A DNA stretch of 64,000 bases from Vulcanimicrobiota bacterium (GTDB taxonomy: Bacteria > Vulcanimicrobiota > Vulcanimicrobiia > Vulcanimicrobiales > Vulcanimicrobiaceae). Positions 37,331 to 46,039 of this stretch are shown piece by piece. Under the pieces are notes generated by a model, which was not told where the DNA came from, made no database searches, and saw only the letters and a program-made list of their open reading frames with translations. The DNA lies in assembly GCA_963733295.1 (NCBI GenBank), contig CAVTCS010000003.1:1856001-1920000 (forward strand), given 5' to 3'. Each line of letters starts with the position of its first letter. Position 1 is the stretch's first letter. The position numbers were made by a program, and so were the translations under genes.

Positions 37331-37593
37331 AAGCCCCCCAAAGCACGAAGAATGCCGAGTAAATGCCCATCGGCGGGTTCGAATGAAGCGCACGCTCGTC
37401 CTGTTACATCGATGAGTTGAGCGGGTCACACTTCACCGACGTCACACTTGTGCGGGCTGAGATTTCAAGTCGAATGCCGACTTTATAGCGGAACGGACAG
37501 GCAAATGCGCGTCGGTCTGCCAAACAGGCCGAAAATGCGCGCTCTGACCCGAGCGGATTAGAACGCGATTAGAGTCTTATAGCGAAGGATACG

Positions 37594-39777
37594 ATGAGTT
37601 TATTTCGGCTCCGTAGTTTTGGCGTCGCATTTTTGTTTGTGATGGCGCTCGCAGCTTGTAGCGGCGGGGGCGGCAGTTCCCCGAGTCCCGGAGGCGGCGG
37701 CTCGCCCAGACCTCATGCGACGGCGACGCCGAGCCCGTATGCGTACGTGTTACCTTCGTCGAGCCCGCTGGCCGTTGCAGCCTACAACGTCATCTCGAAT
37801 CCGGTGGGACTCCCGGTTTCGGTCGACGGAGCCTCGGTCGGCAACGCACCCCAAACGCTGTCGACGCTGAGCTACGCCGCTCACACCGTGCTCGTGACCT
37901 CGACCACTGCCGGCGCCTCGCCGTACCCGTTCAAGATCAACGAGAACGCCGGCGCGGGGCATACGCTTCTTTACAACCAGGTGGTGGATACTTCGGGCTC
38001 GGTGGCCGGTACGGTTCTGCCGCCGGCGGTACCGGGCGCCCATAGACCGAATCTGCGGCATTCCGCGGGCGGCGTCATGCGCCGCTTTTCGCGTTATCAG
38101 AACCTTCCGATGTACAGCAGCACCGACATTGCCCTGCACTACGACGTAGCGCGCTTTCCGGGCGGCCGAACCTTCGATGACGTCGAAGCCGGACACGGCA
38201 TCGCTCGCGCGATGACCGTCGAGCAGTCGGACACCGCGGTAACCCGCGTCTTGACCGTCCAACCGGGACGCAACGTCGACGATGTGATTCGTTCGTTCCA
38301 GAGCCAGCCCGGCGTTTCGCTCGCAGACCACGTTCGCTTACGCTATCCCCTCGGAGGCTACGCGGGGAACGTCGCGCCGAACGACACGTACTACGTCTTG
38401 GGTGACCAATGGTATCTCGACGTCATCTCCGCGTCGTTTGCGTGGGGCTATGGCGCGGGCTCGGTTCCGATCGCCGTCATCGACACGGGCTTCGATCCAA
38501 ACCAGACCGAGGTCGCTCCGGCCGTGACGTTCAACGAGAAAATCATCGCACTGAAGGTCTTCCCGGACGGCGCGACCGACACGGACGGACACGGTACGTT
38601 CACCTCCGGTGTCGCGGGAGCGGTGACCAACAACAATGCCGGGTTCGCCGGCGTATCCTTTAACGCTCCGCTCCAAGAATACAAGATCTTCAACAACGCG
38701 ACGACCCCGACCGCACAGACGTCCGACGAAGCGGCCGCCATTCGCGACGCCGTCAAGAACGGGGCCAAAGTCATCCTGCTTCCGTTCGGCGGCCTTGGCG
38801 CCGCGGGGCCCGACCCCATCGAGCGCGACGCCGTAGAATTCGCAATCTCGAGCGGCGTAACGGTCATCGCGGCGAGCGGCGACGACGGCACCTCCGCAGC
38901 CGGACTCGACTTCCCCGCCGCGTACGACGGCGTCATCTCGGTCGGAGCGTCGGCAATCAACGACAGCGCGACGCCGGGCACAGTCAACGGCGGCGGAAAC
39001 TTCGAGTTCGTTCCTCCCTACTCCAACTCGTCAGCAGGTTTAACGCTCGTCGCGCCGGGCGGCTGGGGACCTCAAGGTTCGGGCGACGCGGATCTCATTC
39101 ACTTCATTGAAAACGTCTACACGACGCAGCCTTTTGCGGGCGATCCGAAATGCACCGGCGCAGCCACGCCGGCCGACTGCCGTGCGGACTACTTCGGCAC
39201 TTCGGGGGCATCCGCGCAAGTAGCGGGAACGGCGGCGCTCATGCTGAGTTCGAATGGCGCGCTGACGCCCGCGCAGGTTAGCTACATCCTGTCAGCTTCG
39301 ACCGACGATATCGGCGATCCGAATCAAGGCAGCGGCCGTCTCAACGCGCAACGTGCGCTCGGGATGGTCAACGCCTCTTCCACTCCGGCGCCCGGACAAT
39401 CGCCACCCGGAATACCGGTGCCTCATCCCGGGAATCTGGTCGTCTTCGCATACTCGAATAGCGGAGCCTCGATGCCGGTCGCTCCGGCGATTATCGACGC
39501 GACGTACCCGAACGGTATCCTCGTGAACGTCAACAACACGTTCCGAATCGCCGATATCCCCGCCGCGCCGGCACCGGGCGGGACGCCGATTCCGCACTGG
39601 AAGATCGGCGTTTGGTACGACGCCAACGGCGACGGTAAAGTCGGCCCCGGCGACTACTTCGGCGCCACGACCGCGGTGTGCCCGACGACCGGCCCTTGTC
39701 TCCCCGCCACCGGAGCCGGCACGATCACGCTTGGCCTGATTCCAACACCGTCCGGAACGCCGTTGAAGCTTCCCTAG
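37594..39777 (+). CDS. S8 subtilisin-like serine peptidase lipoprotein with PEGA-like N-domain
   Basis: LAACS lipobox; triad IAVIDTG / DGHGT / FGTSGA; C-terminal DANGDG loop. Confidence 0.88.
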   Translation: MSLFRLRSFGVAFLFVMALAACSGGGGSSPSPGGGGSPRPHATATPSPYAYVLPSSSPLAVAAYNVISNPVGLPVSVDGASVGNAPQTLSTLSYAAHTVLVTSTTAGASPYPFKINENAGAGHTLLYNQVVDTSGSVAGTVLPPAVPGAHRPNLRHSAGGVMRRFSRYQNLPMYSSTDIALHYDVARFPGGRTFDDVEAGHGIARAMTVEQSDTAVTRVLTVQPGRNVDDVIRSFQSQPGVSLADHVRLRYPLGGYAGNVAPNDTYYVLGDQWYLDVISASFAWGYGAGSVPIAVIDTGFDPNQTEVAPAVTFNEKIIALKVFPDGATDTDGHGTFTSGVAGAVTNNNAGFAGVSFNAPLQEYKIFNNATTPTAQTSDEAAAIRDAVKNGAKVILLPFGGLGAAGPDPIERDAVEFAISSGVTVIAASGDDGTSAAGLDFPAAYDGVISVGASAINDSATPGTVNGGGNFEFVPPYSNSSAGLTLVAPGGWGPQGSGDADLIHFIENVYTTQPFAGDPKCTGAATPADCRADYFGTSGASAQVAGTAALMLSSNGALTPAQVSYILSASTDDIGDPNQGSGRLNAQRALGMVNASSTPAPGQSPPGIPVPHPGNLVVFAYSNSGASMPVAPAIIDATYPNGILVNVNNTFRIADIPAAPAPGGTPIPHWKIGVWYDANGDGKVGPGDYFGATTAVCPTTGPCLPATGAGTITLGLIPTPSGTPLKLP

Positions 39778-39807
39778 ACTCCGTCTCGGATTAACTGAAG
39801 GATTGCG

Positions 39808-41358
39808 ATGAATCTCAAACACGCGACGCTCGCCACGTTTCTCGCCTCCGGGCTGCTCGTGGCGTGCAGCGGCGGCGGCAGCACGCCGAATCCGAGATCG
39901 AGCGGAACGGCCACGGCAACTCCGACTGGTGGCGCGACGCCAACTCCTTCGGGCAGCACGCCGACCCCCGCGCCGAGCGGCTCGGCGACACCCGCCGGTC
40001 TACCGGCGGCGCTCGAGATTCACTACCCGTTGTTCTACGGGCAGATCCTCGCGTCGTTTGCGAGCATCAATGCGGGCTTCCCGCGACAGATGGTGGCGCT
40101 TCCGAACGGCGATCTGCTGATCGGGACCGGTTCGCCCTTCGTCACGAACAATCAGGTCTACATTCTTCCGAACGCCGACGGTCCATCGTTCGCGGGCGCG
40201 CTCTCGGTGTTTGCAACACTCACCGACGGGACGTGCGGCGACCCGCGCTCGCTCAAGGAGAACGCCCAAGGTATCGCGTTCTCGCCGAGTTCCAGCGGCG
40301 GCACGATCTTCGTCGGAATGGAGTGCGCGGTCTTCAAGATTCCATACACGACCGGCGATAGGACGGCGCAACCGGCGACGAAGATCGTGGCGGTTCGCCA
40401 AGGATCGATCACGAACTTCACGACGGACGGCGACGTTCACCACACGACCTCGCTCGCCGTCTCGGGCTCCAATCTGTACGTGGGCGTCGGATCCTCGTGC
40501 AACGCCTGCGCCGAAGCCGATCCGACGCGCGCCGTCGTCCTCCGCACCGATTTCAGCGGAGCCGGTCAAGTGACGATCGCGAAACGCTTCCGCAATCCGC
40601 TGGCCCTTACGGTAAGTCCGAGCGGAACGGTTTGGGCGGGCGGAGCCGGCCAGGACTGCGCCATCAGCTCGAGCTACACACCGCCCGCAACGCCGCCGCC
40701 GACGTGCGTGGCGATGGATCAAGATTATTTCTCGGACGGACATCCGTTCGAGTTCATCGATCCGGTGTCGAAACGCTACGCAACGAACGGCAGCAGCACC
40801 GTCGACTACTATTGGCCGGTCTGTGAAGAAGATCTATGGCCGGTCGTCAGCGGCTCGAGCTGCAGCGGCATGTTCACGCGCCTGGTCCAAGCACCGGCCT
40901 ATGCAACGATGGAAGGCGCCACGTTTTATCCGAAATACGGCGCAAGCGCACCCGCCTATGCGTTTCCCTCGGCCTATCAAGGCGGGCTGTTCTTTACGCT
41001 TCACGGCTCGTGGCACGAAAGCTCGGCCGGCATTTTCGTCGCCGTGCCCGCGGTCGTCTACGTTCCGATGACGGGCGACACGCCGGTGAACCCACAAAAG
41101 TGGGGTACGCCCGGACAACCCGGCGGCTTCCCCTACTCGACGTGGGGAACTTCCGGCGGCAATCCGGTCGCGTTTCTCGACGGCTTCCAAGACAACACCG
41201 GCGCGCGCATCGGACGCCCGACCGGCATTGCCGTCGGTCCGAACGGCAGCCTGTTCGTCTCAGACGACAGCAGTGGAAACATCTATCGAATCCGCTACGG
41301 CACTCCCGGGGCAGCCGAACCTCGCGGCATGATGAGATATCCCGGCGCCCGCCATTAG
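39808..41358 (+). CDS. Glucose/sorbosone dehydrogenase-like beta-propeller lipoprotein
   Basis: LVACS lipobox; GSSCNAC, FRNPLAL, LHGSW, GRPTGIAVGPNGSLFVSDD..IYRI. Confidence 0.78.
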   Translation: MNLKHATLATFLASGLLVACSGGGSTPNPRSSGTATATPTGGATPTPSGSTPTPAPSGSATPAGLPAALEIHYPLFYGQILASFASINAGFPRQMVALPNGDLLIGTGSPFVTNNQVYILPNADGPSFAGALSVFATLTDGTCGDPRSLKENAQGIAFSPSSSGGTIFVGMECAVFKIPYTTGDRTAQPATKIVAVRQGSITNFTTDGDVHHTTSLAVSGSNLYVGVGSSCNACAEADPTRAVVLRTDFSGAGQVTIAKRFRNPLALTVSPSGTVWAGGAGQDCAISSSYTPPATPPPTCVAMDQDYFSDGHPFEFIDPVSKRYATNGSSTVDYYWPVCEEDLWPVVSGSSCSGMFTRLVQAPAYATMEGATFYPKYGASAPAYAFPSAYQGGLFFTLHGSWHESSAGIFVAVPAVVYVPMTGDTPVNPQKWGTPGQPGGFPYSTWGTSGGNPVAFLDGFQDNTGARIGRPTGIAVGPNGSLFVSDDSSGNIYRIRYGTPGAAEPRGMMRYPGARH

Positions 41359-41380
41359 ACTCGGGTTCGTTCTCCCGGCG

Positions 41381-43993
41381 ATGCTTCGCGCAATCTGCAT
41401 TGCAGTAGCGCTGGCCTTGCTTTCCAACGGATTCTGCGGCAATCCGGCCCTGGCCGCCACGACTGCCTCATTCAGCGCGCAGGACGAGCCGCTGCGCAAC
41501 GTCTTGCCACGGCTGGCCAAGGTGTACCACGCGAATCTCTCGATTCCGGCCGATGCGCGTGGCGTCGTGAGCGTTTCGCTTTCGGACGCCACGCTCGATC
41601 AAGCGCTTTCGGCGGTTCTCTCGCCGCTCGGCTACCGTTACCGGCGCGATAACGGCGTCATCGTCATCTACCGCGAGGGCCCCGCGCAGAACGGCTCGGG
41701 GGAACTGTCCCCGAACGTCATCTCCGTGACGCTCATTCCGGTCGACCGCGCCGTGTCGATCGTCCACACGTTGTACCCGAACGTCAGCGTTCGCGCCGAC
41801 AAGAACGCGAACGCCATCATCGTGGTCGCTTCTCCCGATGACCTCGCCTCGATCCGCACCGTTCTGCAAGGGCTCGACGTCCACAACCCGACCGCACCGA
41901 GCGTCGACGCGATCACGCTACGCACCGCCAATCCCACCAAGACTGCGAGCGAACTGCGCGCTTTGTATCCGCACGCGGAATTCGAACCGGGGCCCAACCG
42001 TTCGATCATCATTCGCGCTCCCGCCAGCGACATCGCGCAGATCAAGGGACTCGTCGCGTCGCTCGACGCGCCACCGCCCGCCGCGCTGACTCCACCCTCC
42101 GCCAGCGAGGCGGTGACGATCACGCGCGCTCGTCCGCAAGACGTGGCGCATGCGGTCTCGCGGGAAGTTCCGCAAGTGCGCGCCGACGTTTCGGGATCGA
42201 CCGTGATTCTCACCGGTCCGCCGGACGCCATCGCGCGCGCGAAGGGACTCATCGCGCAGATCGACGTGACGCCTCCGGGCACTCGCGTAACCGATGTCTA
42301 TCGCGTTCACACGCTCGATGCGACCTCGGTCGCGGACCTCCTCACGCGCTCGTTTCCATACGTTCAGGTGGTCGTCGATCACGACCTCAACGCCATCTCG
42401 GTAACCGCGACCGGTGCCGAGCAGCAGCGCATCGCCGATGCCCTCAAGCAACTCGACCAGACCGAGCAACAGGGCGGCTTGCAGCAGACGGGACCGATCG
42501 TAGCCGGCCCCGCGGGCACCGGCTTCGAGGTCGTCACGCTGAAATCGGCGATCCCGAGTCAAGGTCAGGGCGGCGGAACCGCGACCGACGCATCGACCGC
42601 GGTCATCACGACGCTGCAACAACTGGTTCCGAGCGTGAGGGTGAGTCCACTCAGCACGCCGGGACAGATCGCGCTCATCGGCGACCCCGTGAGCCTGCGG
42701 CTCGCCAAGGAGTATTTGGCGAAGCTGGACGTACCGGCTCCGCTCGTCGTTCTCGATACCGAAGTCGTCGAAATCGACGAAACGATCGCGAACAACGTCG
42801 GACTTCAATTGAATCCACCCGCGATCTCGTCGACCTTCACCGAGGCAGGCTCGTTCGCGAACGTCTTCAATCAGCCGACGGAAAACATCGGCATTCAACC
42901 GTTGACGCGAACGCCCCTAAGTTTCACCGCGATCCTCAACCTTCAGATCCAAAAGGGCAACGCGCACGTCCTCGCCGATCCGCGCATCACGACGATTTCC
43001 GGGAGAACCGCGACGATTCGCGCCGGCGACACGCTCAACATCCTGACCACGACCGGCGGCGGCGCGGGCACGATCGCGACGACCCAGCTTCAGTCCTTTC
43101 AAACCGGCGTCACGCTCGACATTACGCCACTGGTTACGCCCGACGACGACGTCACCGTTTCGCTCCACCCGGTCGTCAACAGTCTCTCCGGCGTTGCGAA
43201 CGGCATCCCCCAAATCTCGACTCGTGACACGCAGACCGTCGTGCACCTCAAGAACAATCAGACGCTCGTCATCGGCGGCCTGATCGAGGAGAGCACGCAG
43301 AACACGATCAACAAGCTGCCCGTACTTTCCAACATCCCGGTCATCGGGGGCCTGTTCTCGAACAAGCAAACGAACACGACGCGCAACGAACTGATCATCG
43401 TCGTGACGCCGCACGTCATCACCGAGGCCGACGTCGAGTCGCACTCGATGGGCCCCGGAGCGAAGCTGCCGGCGGTCCCCGTGCCGGGAGCGCTCCCCTC
43501 GCTGCCGCCCAATGCCAAGCTGCCCCCGCCGTCCGGGCAACTCCCAGCTTCGCAGCAACTGCCGCAACCGCAGACGAACGCTGCGCCGGCGCAGCCGCGG
43601 CAAGCGCCCGCTCAACCCCAACCGGCGGCGAGTCCGGGCATCGCTCGAGTCGGCGGACTGGTCGTCTACGGCAAGCGGCCGGACAACAACATTGCTGGTC
43701 CGAGCGATCCTCCGGCGATTTTCTACGCGGCGCTCGGTCCCTCGACCGTGATCGATCGAACCAACGTCTCGATCACCGCGATCACGACGACGAACGTCAC
43801 GAACCTCACCGCGTCGTACGGAACGCAGTCCATCAGCATGGGCCAAATCCGGCCCGGCGAATGGCAAGCGCTCTTCACCTTCTCGACATCTGCGGCTTCG
43901 GTCGGCGCCCCCCAGGTACCGGTGACGGTCACCGCCTCGCGTCAGGACGGCGCCTGGACCTCGATCACGCTGCCCCTCAACGTGGCGCACTAG
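41381..43993 (+). CDS. Secretin (GspD/PilQ-like) with multiple N domains and a C-terminal extension
   Basis: Signal peptide; LADPRITTISGRTATI, GVTLDITP, TLVIGGLI, KLPVLSNIPVIGGLF, ELIIVVTPHVI. Confidence 0.9.
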   Translation: MLRAICIAVALALLSNGFCGNPALAATTASFSAQDEPLRNVLPRLAKVYHANLSIPADARGVVSVSLSDATLDQALSAVLSPLGYRYRRDNGVIVIYREGPAQNGSGELSPNVISVTLIPVDRAVSIVHTLYPNVSVRADKNANAIIVVASPDDLASIRTVLQGLDVHNPTAPSVDAITLRTANPTKTASELRALYPHAEFEPGPNRSIIIRAPASDIAQIKGLVASLDAPPPAALTPPSASEAVTITRARPQDVAHAVSREVPQVRADVSGSTVILTGPPDAIARAKGLIAQIDVTPPGTRVTDVYRVHTLDATSVADLLTRSFPYVQVVVDHDLNAISVTATGAEQQRIADALKQLDQTEQQGGLQQTGPIVAGPAGTGFEVVTLKSAIPSQGQGGGTATDASTAVITTLQQLVPSVRVSPLSTPGQIALIGDPVSLRLAKEYLAKLDVPAPLVVLDTEVVEIDETIANNVGLQLNPPAISSTFTEAGSFANVFNQPTENIGIQPLTRTPLSFTAILNLQIQKGNAHVLADPRITTISGRTATIRAGDTLNILTTTGGGAGTIATTQLQSFQTGVTLDITPLVTPDDDVTVSLHPVVNSLSGVANGIPQISTRDTQTVVHLKNNQTLVIGGLIEESTQNTINKLPVLSNIPVIGGLFSNKQTNTTRNELIIVVTPHVITEADVESHSMGPGAKLPAVPVPGALPSLPPNAKLPPPSGQLPASQQLPQPQTNAAPAQPRQAPAQPQPAASPGIARVGGLVVYGKRPDNNIAGPSDPPAIFYAALGPSTVIDRTNVSITAITTTNVTNLTASYGTQSISMGQIRPGEWQALFTFSTSAASVGAPQVPVTVTASRQDGAWTSITLPLNVAH

Positions 43994-44053
43994 ACCACCG
44001 GCGCGGCCGCCGCGCAAGATCGTCGTGCGTGGTGGGTCGAATACTGCCACGGT

Positions 44054-45331
44054 ATGAACGACGGCAAGTTCGGAATCCTAGTCGGGGGCGGACCCGCTCC
44101 GGGCATCAACGGCGTAATCGCCGCGGCGACCATCGAGGCGATCAACAACGGCTACGACGTCGTCGGCCTGCTCGACGGCTTCCGTTGGATTACGCAAGGC
44201 GATACGCACCACACGGTTCCGCTCACCCGCGATGCGGTGCGCGGCATTCACGCGCGCGGCGGTTCCTTGCTGAAGACGGCGCGCGTGAACCCCGGCGCCG
44301 ATCCCTCGCTGGTTGCAAACGCCGTACGCGCGCTCGGCGAGCTCGGCATCAGCCGCCTGGTGTGCATCGGCGGTGACGACACCGCGTTCGGTGCCGAGAA
44401 GATCGCCGAAGCGGCCGCGGGCTCGATCCAAATCGCCTCCGTTCCGAAGACGATCGACAACGATCTGCCCTTGCAAGGCTCGACGCCGACGTTCGGTTTC
44501 GAAACGGCGCGTGCCACCGGAACGCACGAAGTCGAAGCGTTGATCGAAGATGCGCGCTCGACGGGACGCTGGTATATCGCCGTCGCGATGGGACGCACCT
44601 CGGGATCCCTCGCGCTCGGTATCTGTTCGGCGGCCTATGCCGCGCTCGCGATCATCCCCGAAGAGTTCGAACACCCCACCGTCGATTTGATCGCCGATAC
44701 GATCGCCGGCTCGATCCTCAAGCGCAGGCTTCACGGGCATGAGGACGGCGTCGCGATCGTTGGGGAAGGGCTCGTGGAGAAATTCGATGCAGCCGAGATC
44801 GCCAAACTCGAGTCGGCGCCGCGCGATTCGTTCGGGCACGCCCGTCTCGCCGACATACCGATCGGCACCGTCGTGCGCGGAGCCGTCGAGCAGCGGCTCA
44901 AAGAATTCGGCCTCAGCGTCGGGTTCGTTCTCAAGGACATCGGTTACGAACTGCGCTGCGCTCCGCCCACCCCATTCGACATCGAGTACACGCGAGCGCT
45001 CGGCTCGGGGGCGGTTCGCTACTTGCTCGATGGCGGCTCCGGCGCGCTGATCACGCTGAAAGAAAACCGCGTCGAGCCACTTTCGCTCCACGATTTGCTC
45101 GACCCGGAGACCGGGCGCATTCGCATTCGCCGCGTCGACACCAACAGCGACGTCTATCAAACGGCGAGGCGCTTCATGACGCGACTCGAACGAACCGACC
45201 TCGAATCGCCGGCCGTCGAAAAACTCGCGGCCATCGCGGGGCTCGATCCGCAAGCGTTCGCGCGCCGGTTCGCGAGCGTCGTCGAACAAACGGCACCGCT
45301 AAGGGTACGGCTCACTTCCCGCGTTAGCTGA
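44054..45331 (+). CDS. pfp: Pyrophosphate-dependent 6-phosphofructokinase
   Basis: GGGPAPGIN, IGGDDT (Asp typical of PPi-specific enzymes), PKTIDNDL, MGR, GYELRCA. Confidence 0.88.
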   Translation: MNDGKFGILVGGGPAPGINGVIAAATIEAINNGYDVVGLLDGFRWITQGDTHHTVPLTRDAVRGIHARGGSLLKTARVNPGADPSLVANAVRALGELGISRLVCIGGDDTAFGAEKIAEAAAGSIQIASVPKTIDNDLPLQGSTPTFGFETARATGTHEVEALIEDARSTGRWYIAVAMGRTSGSLALGICSAAYAALAIIPEEFEHPTVDLIADTIAGSILKRRLHGHEDGVAIVGEGLVEKFDAAEIAKLESAPRDSFGHARLADIPIGTVVRGAVEQRLKEFGLSVGFVLKDIGYELRCAPPTPFDIEYTRALGSGAVRYLLDGGSGALITLKENRVEPLSLHDLLDPETGRIRIRRVDTNSDVYQTARRFMTRLERTDLESPAVEKLAAIAGLDPQAFARRFASVVEQTAPLRVRLTSRVS

Positions 45332-45504
45332 AGAGCGGCGTCGCTTGCCTGCTTGATGAACCGGCGCACGTTCGCTTCGCGCCGGCCTGTGCGCTACTGC
45401 ACTGTACGCGGCGATGCCGCACCGAAACGGGGTGTCGCTTGAAAGGGACGTCGAAGCGGCAGCGACCGGCATAAGGTAACTATGCAAGCTAGGAAGCGAC
45501 CGAT

Positions 45505-45696
45505 ATGACACTCGCGCAGAGCTCCGAACTGGTCTGTCTTAGTCTTGGATCGATCCTCGTCATCTTGGGGATAGCGCTCGTGCTCTCGCGGCGCGTCTTT
45601 ACGAGGATAGAACTAACGCGGCGGGAGATGATGCTCGTGCTTCTCGGCGCCGCAGATCTCGTTTTGGCCGGATGGGTCGGCCTCCGGGTCCTCTAA
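45505..45696 (+). CDS. Small hydrophobic membrane protein (63 aa, 2 TM)
   Basis: AGGAAG RBS; paralogous to 45889-46020. Confidence 0.6.
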   Translation: MTLAQSSELVCLSLGSILVILGIALVLSRRVFTRIELTRREMMLVLLGAADLVLAGWVGLRVL

Positions 45697-45888
45697 AAAG
45701 TCGAGCGTGATTCGGCGCACACGTGAGCGCTGTCACGGCGCACGCGCTGCGCCGAAACGCGATGCACGAAGACGAATGTGCGCTACTGCACGGATGCGTC
45801 AAACGCCCGCCAGATAAGCGGGAGCGAGTCAAAACGTCTGTCGAATTCGCCGACACACAAGGTATCTCAGTAAGCAAGGAAGCGCATC

Positions 45889-46020
45889 ATGATTCTACTC
45901 AAGAGCATCGAACTCGTCTGGTTTAGCCAAGGCGCGACGCTCATAGCTTTAGCGGTCGTACTGATGCGGCGCCGCCCATTCGTGAGAATGAGAGAGACGC
46001 GGCTGAAAGCTGCGGCTTAG
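45889..46020 (+). CDS. Small membrane peptide (43 aa, 1 TM plus basic tail)
   Basis: MILLKSIELVWFSQGATLIALAVVLMRRRPFVRMRETRLKAAA*; AAGGAAG RBS; below the ORF-track length cutoff. Confidence 0.6.
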   Translation: MILLKSIELVWFSQGATLIALAVVLMRRRPFVRMRETRLKAAA

Positions 46021-46039
46021 CCGACGGTAGCGCGTAGCG

